A DNA stretch of 64,000 nucleotides from an uncultured Rhizobium sp. (GCA_964408945.1 CAYPBJ010000007.1:8684-72683); one strand, 5' to 3'; counted from the stretch's first letter, positions 37,301 through 46,609 are shown. Translations and numbers: made by a program. Notes: generated from the sequence alone by a model not told the origin.

Positions 37301-38889
37301 TGGATTCGGTTCAGAAGAACCTTACTGTTTACAAAGTACCGGATGCATCGATTAGCCCAGATAATGCTATTGGTTGTTTGGTAGGTAATAGATTTAATTT
37401 CAAAAGCGCGAATACTTGGAACGCCGGAGGAAAGTTATTTCATGATTGGACATTTGGAGATGGTTCTAGCTCCTCAAACGATTCATTTGTAAAGATTTAT
37501 GCTGCAGTTGGAATATACAATGTGAAGCATGTGGTGACCTCTAATCAAAGTTGTAAAGATTCTGCGGTGACTACTGTTACGGTGGTTAATACTCCTACTG
37601 CTAATTTTACTGTAAATAAAGATACTGCTTGCTTTTATTCGCAAGATTTTGACTTCGTAGATAAGACTAATTTCTCAGGCACATATACTGTTTTGTGGGA
37701 CTTTAATGATGGAAACAAAGCAAATGGTTCTACTTATTTAAATAAAACATTTACCACCACAGGTAAGTATCCCGTGAAAATGGTCATCACATCTAGTCAA
37801 GGCTGTAAGGATTCTATGACTAAAGATGTGAGAATTTTCGCCGTTCCAGTAGCTAAATTTACTGTGAATGACGATGAACAATGTGTTCAAAATAATAGTT
37901 TCGTCTTTACGAATTCATCTAATGAGAATGGAGCTACTGTTCCAGTGATGTATGGTTGGCAAATTGCAGGCGGTAGTGGAACACCCATACAAGTTTTGCA
38001 GAAAAATATACCAACCCAAACTTTGACTGATACTGGTTTCAAAGTGGTTACTTTGGGTGTTGCATCAGCTGAAGGATGTTTGTCAACTCAATCTCTAAGC
38101 ATATATGTAGCTGAGACACCATTGGTGTCAATTACTGGTAAAGATGCTTGTGCAAGTGAAGAAATACAATTTGGTAGTTTGCTCCTGCTCAATAAAGGCA
38201 CTGCATCGTATTCATGGGACTTTGGCAATGGCGGTACATCCACATCTTCAAGTCCTAAATACACTTACACCACTGCAGGAGCTTATTTAGTCAATTTGAA
38301 TGTAACTAGTTCGTACGGTTGCATAGGCAAGGCAACAGCTTATCCAGTCAATATATATGTTAAGCCCAAAGCCAGTTTTACTTCTGAGTATTTATTGAGT
38401 AAAGGCTTGGAAACTGATTGGAGATTTGACTTTACGGGTTCAGGGGCGACTGATTTGGAATGGATATTCCAAGATGGGCAAGTAGATTACGGAATGGGTC
38501 CAATAAATAAAACTTTCAGTGCTACAGGAGATTTTAAAGTGAGACTAATGGCATCTACACCTGCAGGATGTAAAGACAGTGCTTCTGCAGTGATTTTCTT
38601 GAAGCCTGAATTACTGATGTGGCTACCAACAGCTTTCAGTCCAAATATTGACGGATTGAATGAAGGATTTGGTCCTTACACGACTTTTGGATTGGAACGA
38701 TACGAATTTATGATTTTTGATCGTTGGGGAAATATCATGTGGAAGACTACTAAGCCAGATGAGAAGTGGTTAGGAATTGACAGCGAAGGGGTTAAAGTGC
38801 CAGAAGGTGTTTATGGTTACTCCATGGTATTCAGATATGTTGACAACCAATTGTATACTTACAAAGGAACTGTAACATTGTTGAATTAG
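34342..38889 (+). CDS. Giant (1515 aa) cell-surface protein with PKD-like repeats and T9SS type-B (gliding-associated) C-terminal domain
   Basis: Signal peptide. Repeated W(N/D/T)FGDGS-type PKD signatures (WNFGDGS, WDFGDGS, WTFGDGS, WDFNDGN, WDFGNGG). C-terminus LPTAFSPNIDGLNEGF...IFDRWGN...GVYGY...GTVTLLN. Confidence 0.85.
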   Translation: MKHKYKGILKGILTFWMIFLASEGKAQISSTGKEFYMSFMEMETRNGGFPDTLLIFVTSPINTTLVLDNPRLTGSSASYTIQANKVNRISVDVNFYYPVGSEFASTDVNSRRGLRIVAKDPVNVYCMNLELNRSDGTFVLPYESIPAAPEFYVVSFPPNAPTGSFPNVTSSYGESEFVIIAMDNNVTVEITPTAPTKGGKAAGTAFTITMQKGQIYQVQSVKATGTNNTDPAATSWAATGAKAGDLTGTRVRVINGCGKINVFSGNRSAHVTKGNCGGGVNGRDHLYTQVLPTNALGKDYVLMPFRNQTGGYAVKIVAASDNTVVTINGTVVATIAKAGEWVYRHVTTSAATCINTSKPAYVVQYMKNGVCSGLTGNNGDPAIFISPDVNQRLIKTIVGTATTSNMNQHWVNVLVDQSAKNAVFLNGTKVAATSFTDYTCSGKNYSYAQLSVANPSSNTLQCDSGMIVVAYGVGPYESYSYSAGALFENIEYDYDIKRKGKCPSEPVKLVSKNKNSKIKGTKWNFGDGSPEEWGDSVTHKFSKIGTYYVLMKVVVPNACNKDDTIIRSKIINVLPGPVFNFPDTTTQCANTLNVELKVPSSSKFTYKWHDNSTKNTYTATKDGFAWVRVLDTSTNCAAADTTYVRRANVIYAGIKYDTLNQCYKQNVFDMTDGSKYNGDGWKLSWWSAEYQHTKAITKKDSVRDFKISFDSLSTNNLRYIVQSRKGCRDTLDTTLIVHPYPIAKINFPVTHFCQNAIANVIDSSSSPLGVGRSFWDFGDGSAKDTSSDRKGRHVFKYADTFNIRLITQTPYFCHDTIDSLFIVYPVAKTTIGSKIFDQCKKTNKFEFYDNTTIAIGSFTDEWQIAGKSYPNQGTLTNIKFSDTGTQKILLITETDKGCRDSARSTVFVAPEPKAILTVTDSSNCFQGHFFDLECRSTVPSNSQLTSRSDWKYSDGTTNYAKVITSKKFNTEGVYWVRLIATTVHGCMDSVQKNLTVYKVPDASISPDNAIGCLVGNRFNFKSANTWNAGGKLFHDWTFGDGSSSSNDSFVKIYAAVGIYNVKHVVTSNQSCKDSAVTTVTVVNTPTANFTVNKDTACFYSQDFDFVDKTNFSGTYTVLWDFNDGNKANGSTYLNKTFTTTGKYPVKMVITSSQGCKDSMTKDVRIFAVPVAKFTVNDDEQCVQNNSFVFTNSSNENGATVPVMYGWQIAGGSGTPIQVLQKNIPTQTLTDTGFKVVTLGVASAEGCLSTQSLSIYVAETPLVSITGKDACASEEIQFGSLLLLNKGTASYSWDFGNGGTSTSSSPKYTYTTAGAYLVNLNVTSSYGCIGKATAYPVNIYVKPKASFTSEYLLSKGLETDWRFDFTGSGATDLEWIFQDGQVDYGMGPINKTFSATGDFKVRLMASTPAGCKDSASAVIFLKPELLMWLPTAFSPNIDGLNEGFGPYTTFGLERYEFMIFDRWGNIMWKTTKPDEKWLGIDSEGVKVPEGVYGYSMVFRYVDNQLYTYKGTVTLLN

Positions 38890-38912
38890 AATATTAAGAT
38901 TTGGTAAACAAT

Positions 38913-38945
38913 AAAAAGGGCCGTCGCAAGACGGCCCTTTTTATT
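38913..38945. terminator. Bidirectional rho-independent terminator
   Basis: A-run, GGGCCGTC-gcaa-GACGGCCC stem, then T-run, between the adhesin gene and rpoD. Confidence 0.85.
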
Positions 38946-38970
38946 GTTGGGCATGTAAATAATCAGATGA

Positions 38971-39834
38971 TTAACCCAAATAGCTTTTCAGAATTTTGCT
39001 TTTGCTTGATTTTCTCAAACGACGTAACGCCTTTTCCTTGATTTGACGTACTCTTTCTCTGGTTAGACCTACTTTGTCTGAAATGTCTTCTAAGGTATGC
39101 GCGGCGTTGCCGTCAAGACCAAAGTAATACTTCAAGACATCGCGTTCTTTGTCGCTAAGAGTGGAGATTACCCTATTGATTTCATTTTGCAATGATTCAT
39201 TCAAAAGGGGCATGTCTGGATTGGGCTCATCGTTGTTGTCAAGAACACCAAGCAGTGTGTTGTCTTCGCCTTCTGCCAAGGGAGCATCAATGCTTAGGTG
39301 TCTTCCTGAAGAACGCAGTGCGTTTTCTACTTCAGTAAGAGGGATTTCTAAAGAGTCAGCAATTTCTTGTGGTGTTGGTTCTCTTTCAAGTTCTTGTTCC
39401 AAACGAGCTGCAGCTTGAGTGATACGCCCTAAACTTCCTACTTTATTTAAAGGAAGACGAACAATACGACTCTGGTCTGCTAATGCTTGAAGAATGGATT
39501 GTCTGATCCACCATACTGCATAAGAAATAAATTTGAATCCGCGGGTTTCATCAAAGCGTTTTGCAGCTTTAATGAGGCCCATGTTCCCCTCATTGATGAG
39601 GTCACCCAAGGTAAGTCCTTGGTTTTGGTACTGCTTTGATACAGATACCACAAATCTTAAGTTGGCGTTAACCAGTTTTTCCAACGCAGCTTGGTCACCT
39701 TCTCTAATTCGCTGTGCGAGTTGAACTTCTTCTTGTGCATCAATCATTGGCACTTTTGAGATTTCGTTCAAGTACTTGTCAAGGGACTTGTTTTCGCGGT
39801 TGGTAAACTGTTTTGAAATTTTTAACTGCCTCAT
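38971..39834 (-). CDS. rpoD: Primary RNA polymerase sigma factor (Bacteroidota sigma-A)
   Basis: 287 aa. Regions 2-4 present ([46 protein letters not shown]). Confidence 0.95.
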   Translation of the reverse strand: MRQLKISKQFTNRENKSLDKYLNEISKVPMIDAQEEVQLAQRIREGDQAALEKLVNANLRFVVSVSKQYQNQGLTLGDLINEGNMGLIKAAKRFDETRGFKFISYAVWWIRQSILQALADQSRIVRLPLNKVGSLGRITQAAARLEQELEREPTPQEIADSLEIPLTEVENALRSSGRHLSIDAPLAEGEDNTLLGVLDNNDEPNPDMPLLNESLQNEINRVISTLSDKERDVLKYYFGLDGNAAHTLEDISDKVGLTRERVRQIKEKALRRLRKSSKSKILKSYLG

Positions 39835-39860
39835 GTATAAAAACGATAAAATTAGCCGTG

Positions 39861-39868
39861 CAAAATTA
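39861..39868 (-). promoter_or_regulatory. -7 box TAATTTTG, 26 nt upstream of the rpoD ATG
   Basis: Perfect TAnnTTTG match on the reverse strand. Confidence 0.45.
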
Positions 39869-39909
39869 CAATTTTTGCAACTAAAAAACCGATAAATTAA
39901 TAACTTGTT

Positions 39910-41868
39910 TTAAGTTAATGATTGATATGCGATGAACGCTGAGAAATATGCGATGAAACCATAGAGTAAGAACAAAATAATAGACCATTTCCAGGTTCCA
40001 GTTTCCTTTTTTAATACCGCAACGGTGCTTACACATTGTAATGCGAAAGCATAAAATAGCATTAAGCTAATAGCATAAGCCGGTGTATATTGAGCTAAGC
40101 CTGTGGTTGGATTGATTTGGGCTTGCATTTTTTGCCTAATTCCTACTACATCTTCTTCCTCATTTGATTGAAAAAGGGTACTCATGGTTCCCACAAAAAC
40201 TTCACGTGCGGCGAAAGATGAAATCAATGCAATGCCCGTTTTCCAATCATATCCTAAAGGTCTAATTGCAGGTTCAATGAATTTTCCGAGATGTCCTGCA
40301 TAACTGGCTTCTAATTTTAGGGAGTTTTTGATTTGAAGACTATCTGGGTTGCCTTGGGCTGTTTCAATTTGTGCAAGTTTCTCAGCATTTAACATAGCTT
40401 TGGATGGGCCATAATTAGAGAGAGCCCATAACACCATAGATATGATGATGATGACTTTACCTGCTTCCCTAAGAAAAGATTTGCACTTGATCCAAGCGTT
40501 GTTCAAAACGGTTTGTAAACGAGGGGCTTGATAGGTGGGAAGTTCTAATACAAATTCAGAGGTTTCTCTGTTTTTTAGGAATATTTTAAGAACAATGGCC
40601 ATGATAATGGCTACGAAAATTCCGGCAAAATAGGCTGAGGTCATCAAGACGGTTTGTGCGTGAAATGGTCCCCAAAAAACGCCCACAGGCACTACCAAGG
40701 AAATCAGTAAGATGTATACTGGTAAACGCGCGCTGCAGCTCATGAGGGGGACAATCAACATCGTCACCAAACGCTCGGTTTTGTTTCGGATGTTTCTCGT
40801 GGCCATGATCGATGGGATGGCGCAGGCAAATCCTCCAACAAGTGGAATGATAGAACGGCCGTTAAGTCCCAATTTGCGCATGATTCTGTCAGTTAAGAAA
40901 CTGGCGCGAACCATGTAACCGCTATCTTCTAAAATTCCAATTAGGAAAAAGAGGATGAAAATCTGTGGTACGAAAATGATGACTCCTTCTAGTCCGCTGA
41001 TGATACCATTGCTCACAAAGTTCCCAAGGGTAGTTGTTGATGGTAACCATTGATCAATTTGAGATCTTATTGCTGAAAATGCCCATTCAATTCCCTGCAT
41101 GGGGAATTCTGCGAGCATAAAAACGCTTTGGAATAGGGCGAGCATCACCAATATGAAGGCCATAATTCCTGTAATAGGGTGGATGAGCACTTTGTCAATT
41201 TTTAGTGTATTGACAGCGCTGAATTTGGTTTTTCGCTTAACACTTTTCTTGATGATACCATCAATTTGGTTATATCTAAGCAGTGTTTCAGCCGATATTC
41301 CTTCGGGCTGGGTACCTTGAATGAACCATTTTAATCGATCTGTAAAGTTGGGTGTGTTTTGGATTTTTTGTCCTACAAATGGGTTCAGATTTAATACTTG
41401 GGTTATATCTTTATCTTTTCTAGGATTGAATGTAATGATGGGAATTCCCAGTTCCTTTGAGAGTTCGTGAATATCAATTTCAATGTTTCGTCGAAGTGCC
41501 GTATCGTGCATGGTGAGAATGCCCGCAGTGGGTATACCCAATTCAGCGACTTGTGAAAGCAACAACAAGTTACGGCGTAAGTTTGAGGCATCTAAGATGA
41601 AAAACAGAGCTTCAGGTGCTTGTGTATCTATACCTAAAAGATTTTTCACTACCACCTTCTCATAGTCGGTATTGGTAAATAAACTGTAAATTCCAGGTAG
41701 ATCAACTAAGGTAGTTTCTGTATTGTGGAGCTTTCCTTCGAAAGAATCTACAGTAGTTCCGGGTAAGTTGCTGGTTTTCTGAGACAGGCCCGTGAGCCTA
41801 TTGAAAAGCGTGGACTTTCCGCAATTGGGATTTCCTATCAAGGCAATGCGCTTCCACTTCATGCGCAA
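39910..41868 (-). CDS. feoB: Ferrous iron transporter FeoB
   Basis: N-terminal G domain GNPNCGKSTLFN and DLPG, followed by a polytopic membrane domain. Confidence 0.95.
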   Translation of the reverse strand: MRMKWKRIALIGNPNCGKSTLFNRLTGLSQKTSNLPGTTVDSFEGKLHNTETTLVDLPGIYSLFTNTDYEKVVVKNLLGIDTQAPEALFFILDASNLRRNLLLLSQVAELGIPTAGILTMHDTALRRNIEIDIHELSKELGIPIITFNPRKDKDITQVLNLNPFVGQKIQNTPNFTDRLKWFIQGTQPEGISAETLLRYNQIDGIIKKSVKRKTKFSAVNTLKIDKVLIHPITGIMAFILVMLALFQSVFMLAEFPMQGIEWAFSAIRSQIDQWLPSTTTLGNFVSNGIISGLEGVIIFVPQIFILFFLIGILEDSGYMVRASFLTDRIMRKLGLNGRSIIPLVGGFACAIPSIMATRNIRNKTERLVTMLIVPLMSCSARLPVYILLISLVVPVGVFWGPFHAQTVLMTSAYFAGIFVAIIMAIVLKIFLKNRETSEFVLELPTYQAPRLQTVLNNAWIKCKSFLREAGKVIIIISMVLWALSNYGPSKAMLNAEKLAQIETAQGNPDSLQIKNSLKLEASYAGHLGKFIEPAIRPLGYDWKTGIALISSFAAREVFVGTMSTLFQSNEEEDVVGIRQKMQAQINPTTGLAQYTPAYAISLMLFYAFALQCVSTVAVLKKETGTWKWSIILFLLYGFIAYFSAFIAYQSLT

Positions 41869-42099
41869 TTATTTAACGCGTTTAACCATGATTTGTGAAG
41901 CTTCAGCTAGGCGAAGTCCTAAGATGTAGGAGTCAATTCGATAGGCAACAGGGTCGCCCCCAGGAGCAGCAAATAGTTTTTCTATTTCCGTTCCGGGAAT
42001 GCAGCCCATTTCTGAAAGTTTTTGATGCAAACTGCCTTCATTGAGCGACTCTATTTCGTAAGTGCTTTCCAGTTCAATTTCTGCCGCGTTTGTGCTCAT
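41869..42099 (-). CDS. feoA: FeoA-family protein
   Basis: 76-aa SH3-like FeoA pattern. Its stop abuts the feoB start. Confidence 0.85.
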   Translation of the reverse strand: MSTNAAEIELESTYEIESLNEGSLHQKLSEMGCIPGTEIEKLFAAPGGDPVAYRIDSYILGLRLAEASQIMVKRVK

Positions 42100-42106
42100 C
42101 CTCCCA

Positions 42107-42114
42107 CAAATTTA
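42107..42114 (-). promoter_or_regulatory. -7 box TAAATTTG, 7 nt upstream of the feoA ATG
   Basis: Perfect TAnnTTTG match on the reverse strand. Confidence 0.45.
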
Positions 42115-42131
42115 GAATGATTTTAAATAAC
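42113..42131 (-). promoter_or_regulatory. Weak Fur-box-like element overlapping the feoAB -7 box
   Basis: The reverse strand reads gttatttaaaatcattcta. By my manual alignment it matches GATAATGATAATCATTATC at 13 of 19 positions, including the AATCATT core. Confidence 0.2.
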
Positions 42132-42160
42132 AACCAAGTGTAAACACAAAGTTCTTAAAA

Positions 42161-45022
42161 TCACTCTACATTTTGTATGACTTTTATCAGTTTATAACGG
42201 TCTTTGGTGCTTGATTTGATGATTTCTTTCTCTGAGGGATATTCATTCAACAAATTTTCCCATTCTTTAGATGTGGCCTTTTTGAGCATGCGTTTGAAAA
42301 GCAATGAATTTTTAACAACTTCAGAATTCCACATTTTTTGTAAGAATTGAGTATTCTCCATTCCAGTGGTTTCGTCTGCAAACGGAATGGCTCTATCGCA
42401 AATCTTGAATTGATATTCCTTGTGTAGGTTGCTATTGAATACAGCCAACATCAAGTCGTATTTTTTCTGGGGATTAGTCAATCTAGAGAATTGCACTAAA
42501 GCTAGATCTCTTCGCACTTTGGCGTTGATATCAGAATTACCAATAGTGTTCAATGTAAATTGATAAAGCAAATCGTTGTTTGAAATGCCTTTAACTTTGT
42601 TTAAATCATAAAAAATACGGGCATATAAAACGGCTAAATGTGAATTACCCATTTTTGCAGCACTTTCTATGTCTTCAATGCCTTTCTTTGGATTGCTGTA
42701 ATAAGGGAAGGCAACATCCATTTTACTCTCTATTTCTGCTGGAACGAAATTGTAGAACTGCAATTTAGTTTGAGCGCTGATGTTTGGATTTTGATAGTAT
42801 GAAGTAATCCAATCCATGAATTTTTTCTGAGTTGCTTCATTTGCTGGGAACAGATCTAACATGGTAAATTTCTCTTCCACAGGTTCTTCCGGTTTAAATA
42901 CAAAGTCATTTGCAAGTGGTAACCAAACACTGCTTATGTTGCTATCTTGAAGTCCGTTTAGTGTTTCGGTGATGAATCTTTCCTGGGTTTTGGCTTTCAG
43001 TGAAGGCCAATCAGGACTTTTAGGCTGATTCACGCCAAACTGAACGTAACTCTTCAACCAATCAACATACATTTGTTTTTGAATGATGTGTGAAGCTTTG
43101 ATTTCTTGTGAGAATTTCAAATTTTGATAATGGGTTTCAATTTCATCTGGGTCAATATCAGCATTTTTGTCTCTTATAAAACTTTTACCTTTGATAATAA
43201 GCGCGTTTGAATAGAATGGGTCTACAAGGTATTGCACCAATGTTTCATTGGGGAAATTGATTTCATTCAATTCTTGGTAAACGCTAGTGGTAATGGTGGT
43301 GTCTATTTTACGGCCTTTATCGGTACGAGCAAGAATTTGTAATTTTAAATATTTAGATTTTCCGTAACTCAATTGGGTGGGTTCTCCATTGTCTGTAGAA
43401 TTGATGATGTTCAATACCGAAGAACCGGTGCTGTTGTCAAGTGTAACGTACAAGTCTGGTTGGCCTTTAGAGAAATACCAAGTATTGAAAAAGTGATCCA
43501 TATTGGTTCCGGTAACCGTTTCTACGCATTTTTTCCAATCGTAAACGTTGGCATTTTTGTAGGCATAGCTAGATAGATATAACTTCATAGAAGCTTTGAA
43601 AGCATCTGTACCAATATGGTTTCTCAAGCGGTGTAATATACCAGCGCCTTTATTGTATCTAATATCATCGAATTGATCATCAATCAGGGAGTAATGATGA
43701 TTTACCAAGGCATTTTTATTGGAAGATTCAGCATCAATATCTAAATTTTCAAACATCCAGGCATCAGCATTGGCTTTGCCGTATTTGTATTCTCTCCAAA
43801 GGTATTCTGAGTAATTGGCGAAACTTTCGTTTAGAGTAAGGTGAGCCCAGCTTTCGCAAGTAACATAATCTCCAAACCAGTGATGGAACAACTCATGAGC
43901 AACGTAATCTTCCATGTCGTTGTCAGGGTCATGAAGTCTTTCATTGTGAATCACTGCGGTGGTGTTTTCCATTGCGCCGCTCACAAAATCACGAGCAACA
44001 ATTTGGTCGTACTTTGCCCACATAAAAGGTACACCTGTGAAAGAACTGAAGAACTCAATCATTTCAGGAGTGTTACCAAAAACAGCTTTGGCATCGGAAG
44101 AATAAACATCTTCTACAAAATACTGAACAGGAATTTCTTTATCGAATTTAACTGAGCGATCTTTTACTATTTTCCAATCGCCAATGGCCAACATGGTGAG
44201 GTAAACAGCATGCGGTTGGTTCATTTCCCATACATCGGTTTTAGTAGGTTTTGCTGGTGCTCCTGCGTTTGCTGGAAACTGTTCAGTTTGTGATGAAATC
44301 TTTGAACCGTTGCTAATGCATGTGAGTTGGGCAGGATATTTTACTTTGATTCGGTGGGTGTGTTTTTGATTTGGGACATCAATAGTAGGAAACCAACAAG
44401 AATTAGCTTGTGGTTCGCCTTGTGTCCACATTTGCATTGGACTAACAGGGTCTTTCCCGTCGGTATTGATGAAGTAAGCACCCTTATCGCTTTTTATGGC
44501 TGTTCCGGTTGTTTCTCCCAATTGAAATACTTTTCTATCAGGGTTTGCCTGGTAATCAATGCTTATTTTAATTTTCTGATTAGCAGTGTAATTTTCTTTA
44601 AACTTGATGATTAGGTGTAAAGAATCTGTGTATCTGAAGTTTAATTTTTCAGGTGCGGGTCCATTTGAAGTGCCATTTTGGCCAGTTAAACGTACATCAG
44701 AAATGTCCATCTTTTTTGCATCCAATACTAGGCTATCTTGAGAATAGTAATACGGTTGAAGGGTTAATGTAGCCGTTCCGTTGATGGTGTGTTTTTCAAA
44801 ATCAACAGATATATCGAGATCTGTATGGTTTAATGTCCAAGGTTTATCGGCTGGAGCTTGGTAGGGAAGATTCTTGCCTCCTGCGTATAAGATATTGTTT
44901 ATAATTTCGCCAACTTCTTGACGGGTGAAGATTTGTTGTTCTCCGTCAACTACTTTTTTGGGGCCGCCACAAGCAACAAAAAGTGTCGCTAAAGAGAAGG
45001 CGAGGATGTATTTTGTTTTCAT
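42161..45022 (-). CDS. M1-family aminopeptidase with long C-terminal extension (lipoprotein)
   Basis: GAMEN motif (SGAMENT). HELFHHWFGD...NESFANY (HExxH-18-E). Lipoprotein signal LFVAC. Confidence 0.9.
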   Translation of the reverse strand: MKTKYILAFSLATLFVACGGPKKVVDGEQQIFTRQEVGEIINNILYAGGKNLPYQAPADKPWTLNHTDLDISVDFEKHTINGTATLTLQPYYYSQDSLVLDAKKMDISDVRLTGQNGTSNGPAPEKLNFRYTDSLHLIIKFKENYTANQKIKISIDYQANPDRKVFQLGETTGTAIKSDKGAYFINTDGKDPVSPMQMWTQGEPQANSCWFPTIDVPNQKHTHRIKVKYPAQLTCISNGSKISSQTEQFPANAGAPAKPTKTDVWEMNQPHAVYLTMLAIGDWKIVKDRSVKFDKEIPVQYFVEDVYSSDAKAVFGNTPEMIEFFSSFTGVPFMWAKYDQIVARDFVSGAMENTTAVIHNERLHDPDNDMEDYVAHELFHHWFGDYVTCESWAHLTLNESFANYSEYLWREYKYGKANADAWMFENLDIDAESSNKNALVNHHYSLIDDQFDDIRYNKGAGILHRLRNHIGTDAFKASMKLYLSSYAYKNANVYDWKKCVETVTGTNMDHFFNTWYFSKGQPDLYVTLDNSTGSSVLNIINSTDNGEPTQLSYGKSKYLKLQILARTDKGRKIDTTITTSVYQELNEINFPNETLVQYLVDPFYSNALIIKGKSFIRDKNADIDPDEIETHYQNLKFSQEIKASHIIQKQMYVDWLKSYVQFGVNQPKSPDWPSLKAKTQERFITETLNGLQDSNISSVWLPLANDFVFKPEEPVEEKFTMLDLFPANEATQKKFMDWITSYYQNPNISAQTKLQFYNFVPAEIESKMDVAFPYYSNPKKGIEDIESAAKMGNSHLAVLYARIFYDLNKVKGISNNDLLYQFTLNTIGNSDINAKVRRDLALVQFSRLTNPQKKYDLMLAVFNSNLHKEYQFKICDRAIPFADETTGMENTQFLQKMWNSEVVKNSLLFKRMLKKATSKEWENLLNEYPSEKEIIKSSTKDRYKLIKVIQNVE

Positions 45023-45024
45023 TT

Positions 45025-45765
45025 TTAAGATTTAAATATTTCCCATGCTTTTTCAGCCTGGATTTGCAACATATATTTCCCGTTCATCGTTTTAATGCCG
45101 TAAGCTTGAGCCATGGCCATTAATTCGGTGGTAGTAGGATTGTAAATTAAGTCAATTAAGGAACAAGAAGAATCGAATTTTCTCAAGGAATGCAGAGGAG
45201 AAGCGTCTGTGTCTGGCCACATGCCTACCGGGGTGCAGTTTACCAATAATGTTTCGGTAAAGTGCTGATCAGGTAGAGTTAAGCCCATGCTCCTACTAAC
45301 GTAAATAAATGGAATTTCGTGTGTGTTTAATACAGCTTTTATTGCTTTCGATGATCCACCAGTGCCGATGATAATGGCTTGTTTTGGTTTCCGGGGAAGT
45401 AAATTTAAGGATTCTTCGAAGCCAAAATAATCGGTATTGTGACCGTAAAGGTGGGTTTGGTTGTCAATTCGTTCAATTTTAACGGTATTGACAGCGCCTA
45501 TGGCTTTTGCTTGAGGTGAAATATGGGTTAATAAAGGAATGATGTCTGTTTTAAAAGGAATTGTGACATTGAACCCTATTAAGTTAGATTGGGAGTGAAT
45601 GAGTGAGGTAACCGAATTTATATGGTCTAAGGGAAACAGTGAATATTGACCGTGTAAATATCCTTCGGAAGAAAAAAAATCAGAAAAAATTTGGGGCGAA
45701 CGGGAGTGTTCAACCGGATTTCCAATGAGTCCGAGCAAAAAAGGCTGGAGTTTGGAAATGGGCAT
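45025..45765 (-). CDS. aroE: Shikimate dehydrogenase
   Basis: GLIGNPVEHSRSP, NVTIPFK, and GTGGSSKA NADP-binding site. Confidence 0.9.
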   Translation of the reverse strand: MPISKLQPFLLGLIGNPVEHSRSPQIFSDFFSSEGYLHGQYSLFPLDHINSVTSLIHSQSNLIGFNVTIPFKTDIIPLLTHISPQAKAIGAVNTVKIERIDNQTHLYGHNTDYFGFEESLNLLPRKPKQAIIIGTGGSSKAIKAVLNTHEIPFIYVSRSMGLTLPDQHFTETLLVNCTPVGMWPDTDASPLHSLRKFDSSCSLIDLIYNPTTTELMAMAQAYGIKTMNGKYMLQIQAEKAWEIFKS

Positions 45766-45768
45766 GGT

Positions 45769-46416
45769 TTATTTTTTGAATTTGGATTTCAGTGCCTGAT
45801 AGATCATGGGCAACACAGAGATTCCAATGATGCCGAAGACCACAGTTTCAAAATGTTCTTTAACCCAAGGATGGTTTCCAAGGGCGTATCCCAAGGAAGT
45901 AATAGAGGTCACCCAAAGAACGGCGCCGGCAATGCAATAGGTCAAAAATTTTCCGTAGGTCATGGAACCCATGCCAGCTGCGAAAGGTGCGAAAGTTCTT
46001 ACGATGGGAACAAAACGCGCCATGATGAGGGTGTATCCGCCGTGTTTGGCATAAAATTCTTCGGTTTGAGTGAGGTATTCGCGTTTGAGCAATTTCCAAT
46101 TGAGGTCAAAAACCCTGGTTCCAAAGCGAGAACCAATGAAATAATTGGTGTTATCACCCAAAAGGGCCGCGACAATTAGTAGAGGAATGAGTACAAAAAT
46201 ATTCAACGTATTGTCAAGAGCAGCGATAGAACCAGCCGCAAAGAGCAAAGAGTCTCCCGGCAATAATGGCATTACTACAAGGCCGGTTTCAGTGAAAACA
46301 ATGGCAAAAAGAATGAGGTAGGTTAAATTTTTATAGGTGCCTACCAAATAAGTGAGTTTCTCGTCTAAATGCAGGAGCCAATCGCTGAAAAAGTCTAAGA
46401 TGCTAAGAATAGTCAT
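45769..46416 (-). CDS. DedA-family membrane protein
   Basis: Typical DedA core (PGDSLLFAAG, ARFVPIVRTFAPFAAG). Confidence 0.85.
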   Translation of the reverse strand: MTILSILDFFSDWLLHLDEKLTYLVGTYKNLTYLILFAIVFTETGLVVMPLLPGDSLLFAAGSIAALDNTLNIFVLIPLLIVAALLGDNTNYFIGSRFGTRVFDLNWKLLKREYLTQTEEFYAKHGGYTLIMARFVPIVRTFAPFAAGMGSMTYGKFLTYCIAGAVLWVTSITSLGYALGNHPWVKEHFETVVFGIIGISVLPMIYQALKSKFKK

Positions 46417-46429
46417 GAAGCAAAGTTCA

Positions 46430-46448
46430 GTGATTTACTTGAAATCAC
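46430..46448. promoter_or_regulatory. Perfect inverted repeat GTGATTT-N5-AAATCAC (candidate operator)
   Basis: 7-bp arms, located in the divergent spacer between dedA and the small ORF/ahcY. Confidence 0.25.
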
Positions 46449-46464
46449 CTTATATTCGCGATGT

Positions 46465-46581
46465 ATGATGCGAAAATTCTTGTTGACAGTGGCTTGTTTT
46501 TTGGTGATTGGAACCATCGTTTCTTGCGGAACTCCTCGTCCTCGCACCCAGAAGAAGGGTGGGTGCAATTGCGGATTTTGA
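46465..46581 (+). CDS. Candidate 38-aa small lipoprotein
   Basis: Below the ORF-track size cutoff. Translation: [38 protein letters not shown]. It has a basic n-region, a hydrophobic core, a (V)SC lipobox-like site, and a basic/Cys-rich mature peptide. All three forward frames are open here, which lowers confidence. Confidence 0.4.
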   Translation: MMRKFLLTVACFLVIGTIVSCGTPRPRTQKKGGCNCGF

Positions 46582-46583
46582 AC

Positions 46584-46591
46584 TATCTTTG
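46584..46591 (+). promoter_or_regulatory. -7 box TATCTTTG, 18 nt upstream of the ahcY ATG
   Basis: Perfect TAnnTTTG match. Confidence 0.4.
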
Positions 46592-46609
46592 CAGTTCGAA
46601 AGTTCGAAC

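Noticed and set aside
45691-46179. A 162-aa forward ORF, plus many other 60-136-aa ORFs in the track (for example 2961..3266, 13439..13965, 43841..44155, 47171..47527, 50740..51150)
   Set aside because: They lie antisense to, or out of frame within, strongly supported genes (dedA/aroE, sdhB, the M1 peptidase, ahcY, parE). Their composition is low-complexity or odd. They are shadow ORFs.
46582-46609. An SAH riboswitch upstream of ahcY
   Set aside because: The -7 box is 18 nt from the ATG, so the predicted 5' UTR is far too short for a riboswitch, and no pseudoknot-forming segments are visible.
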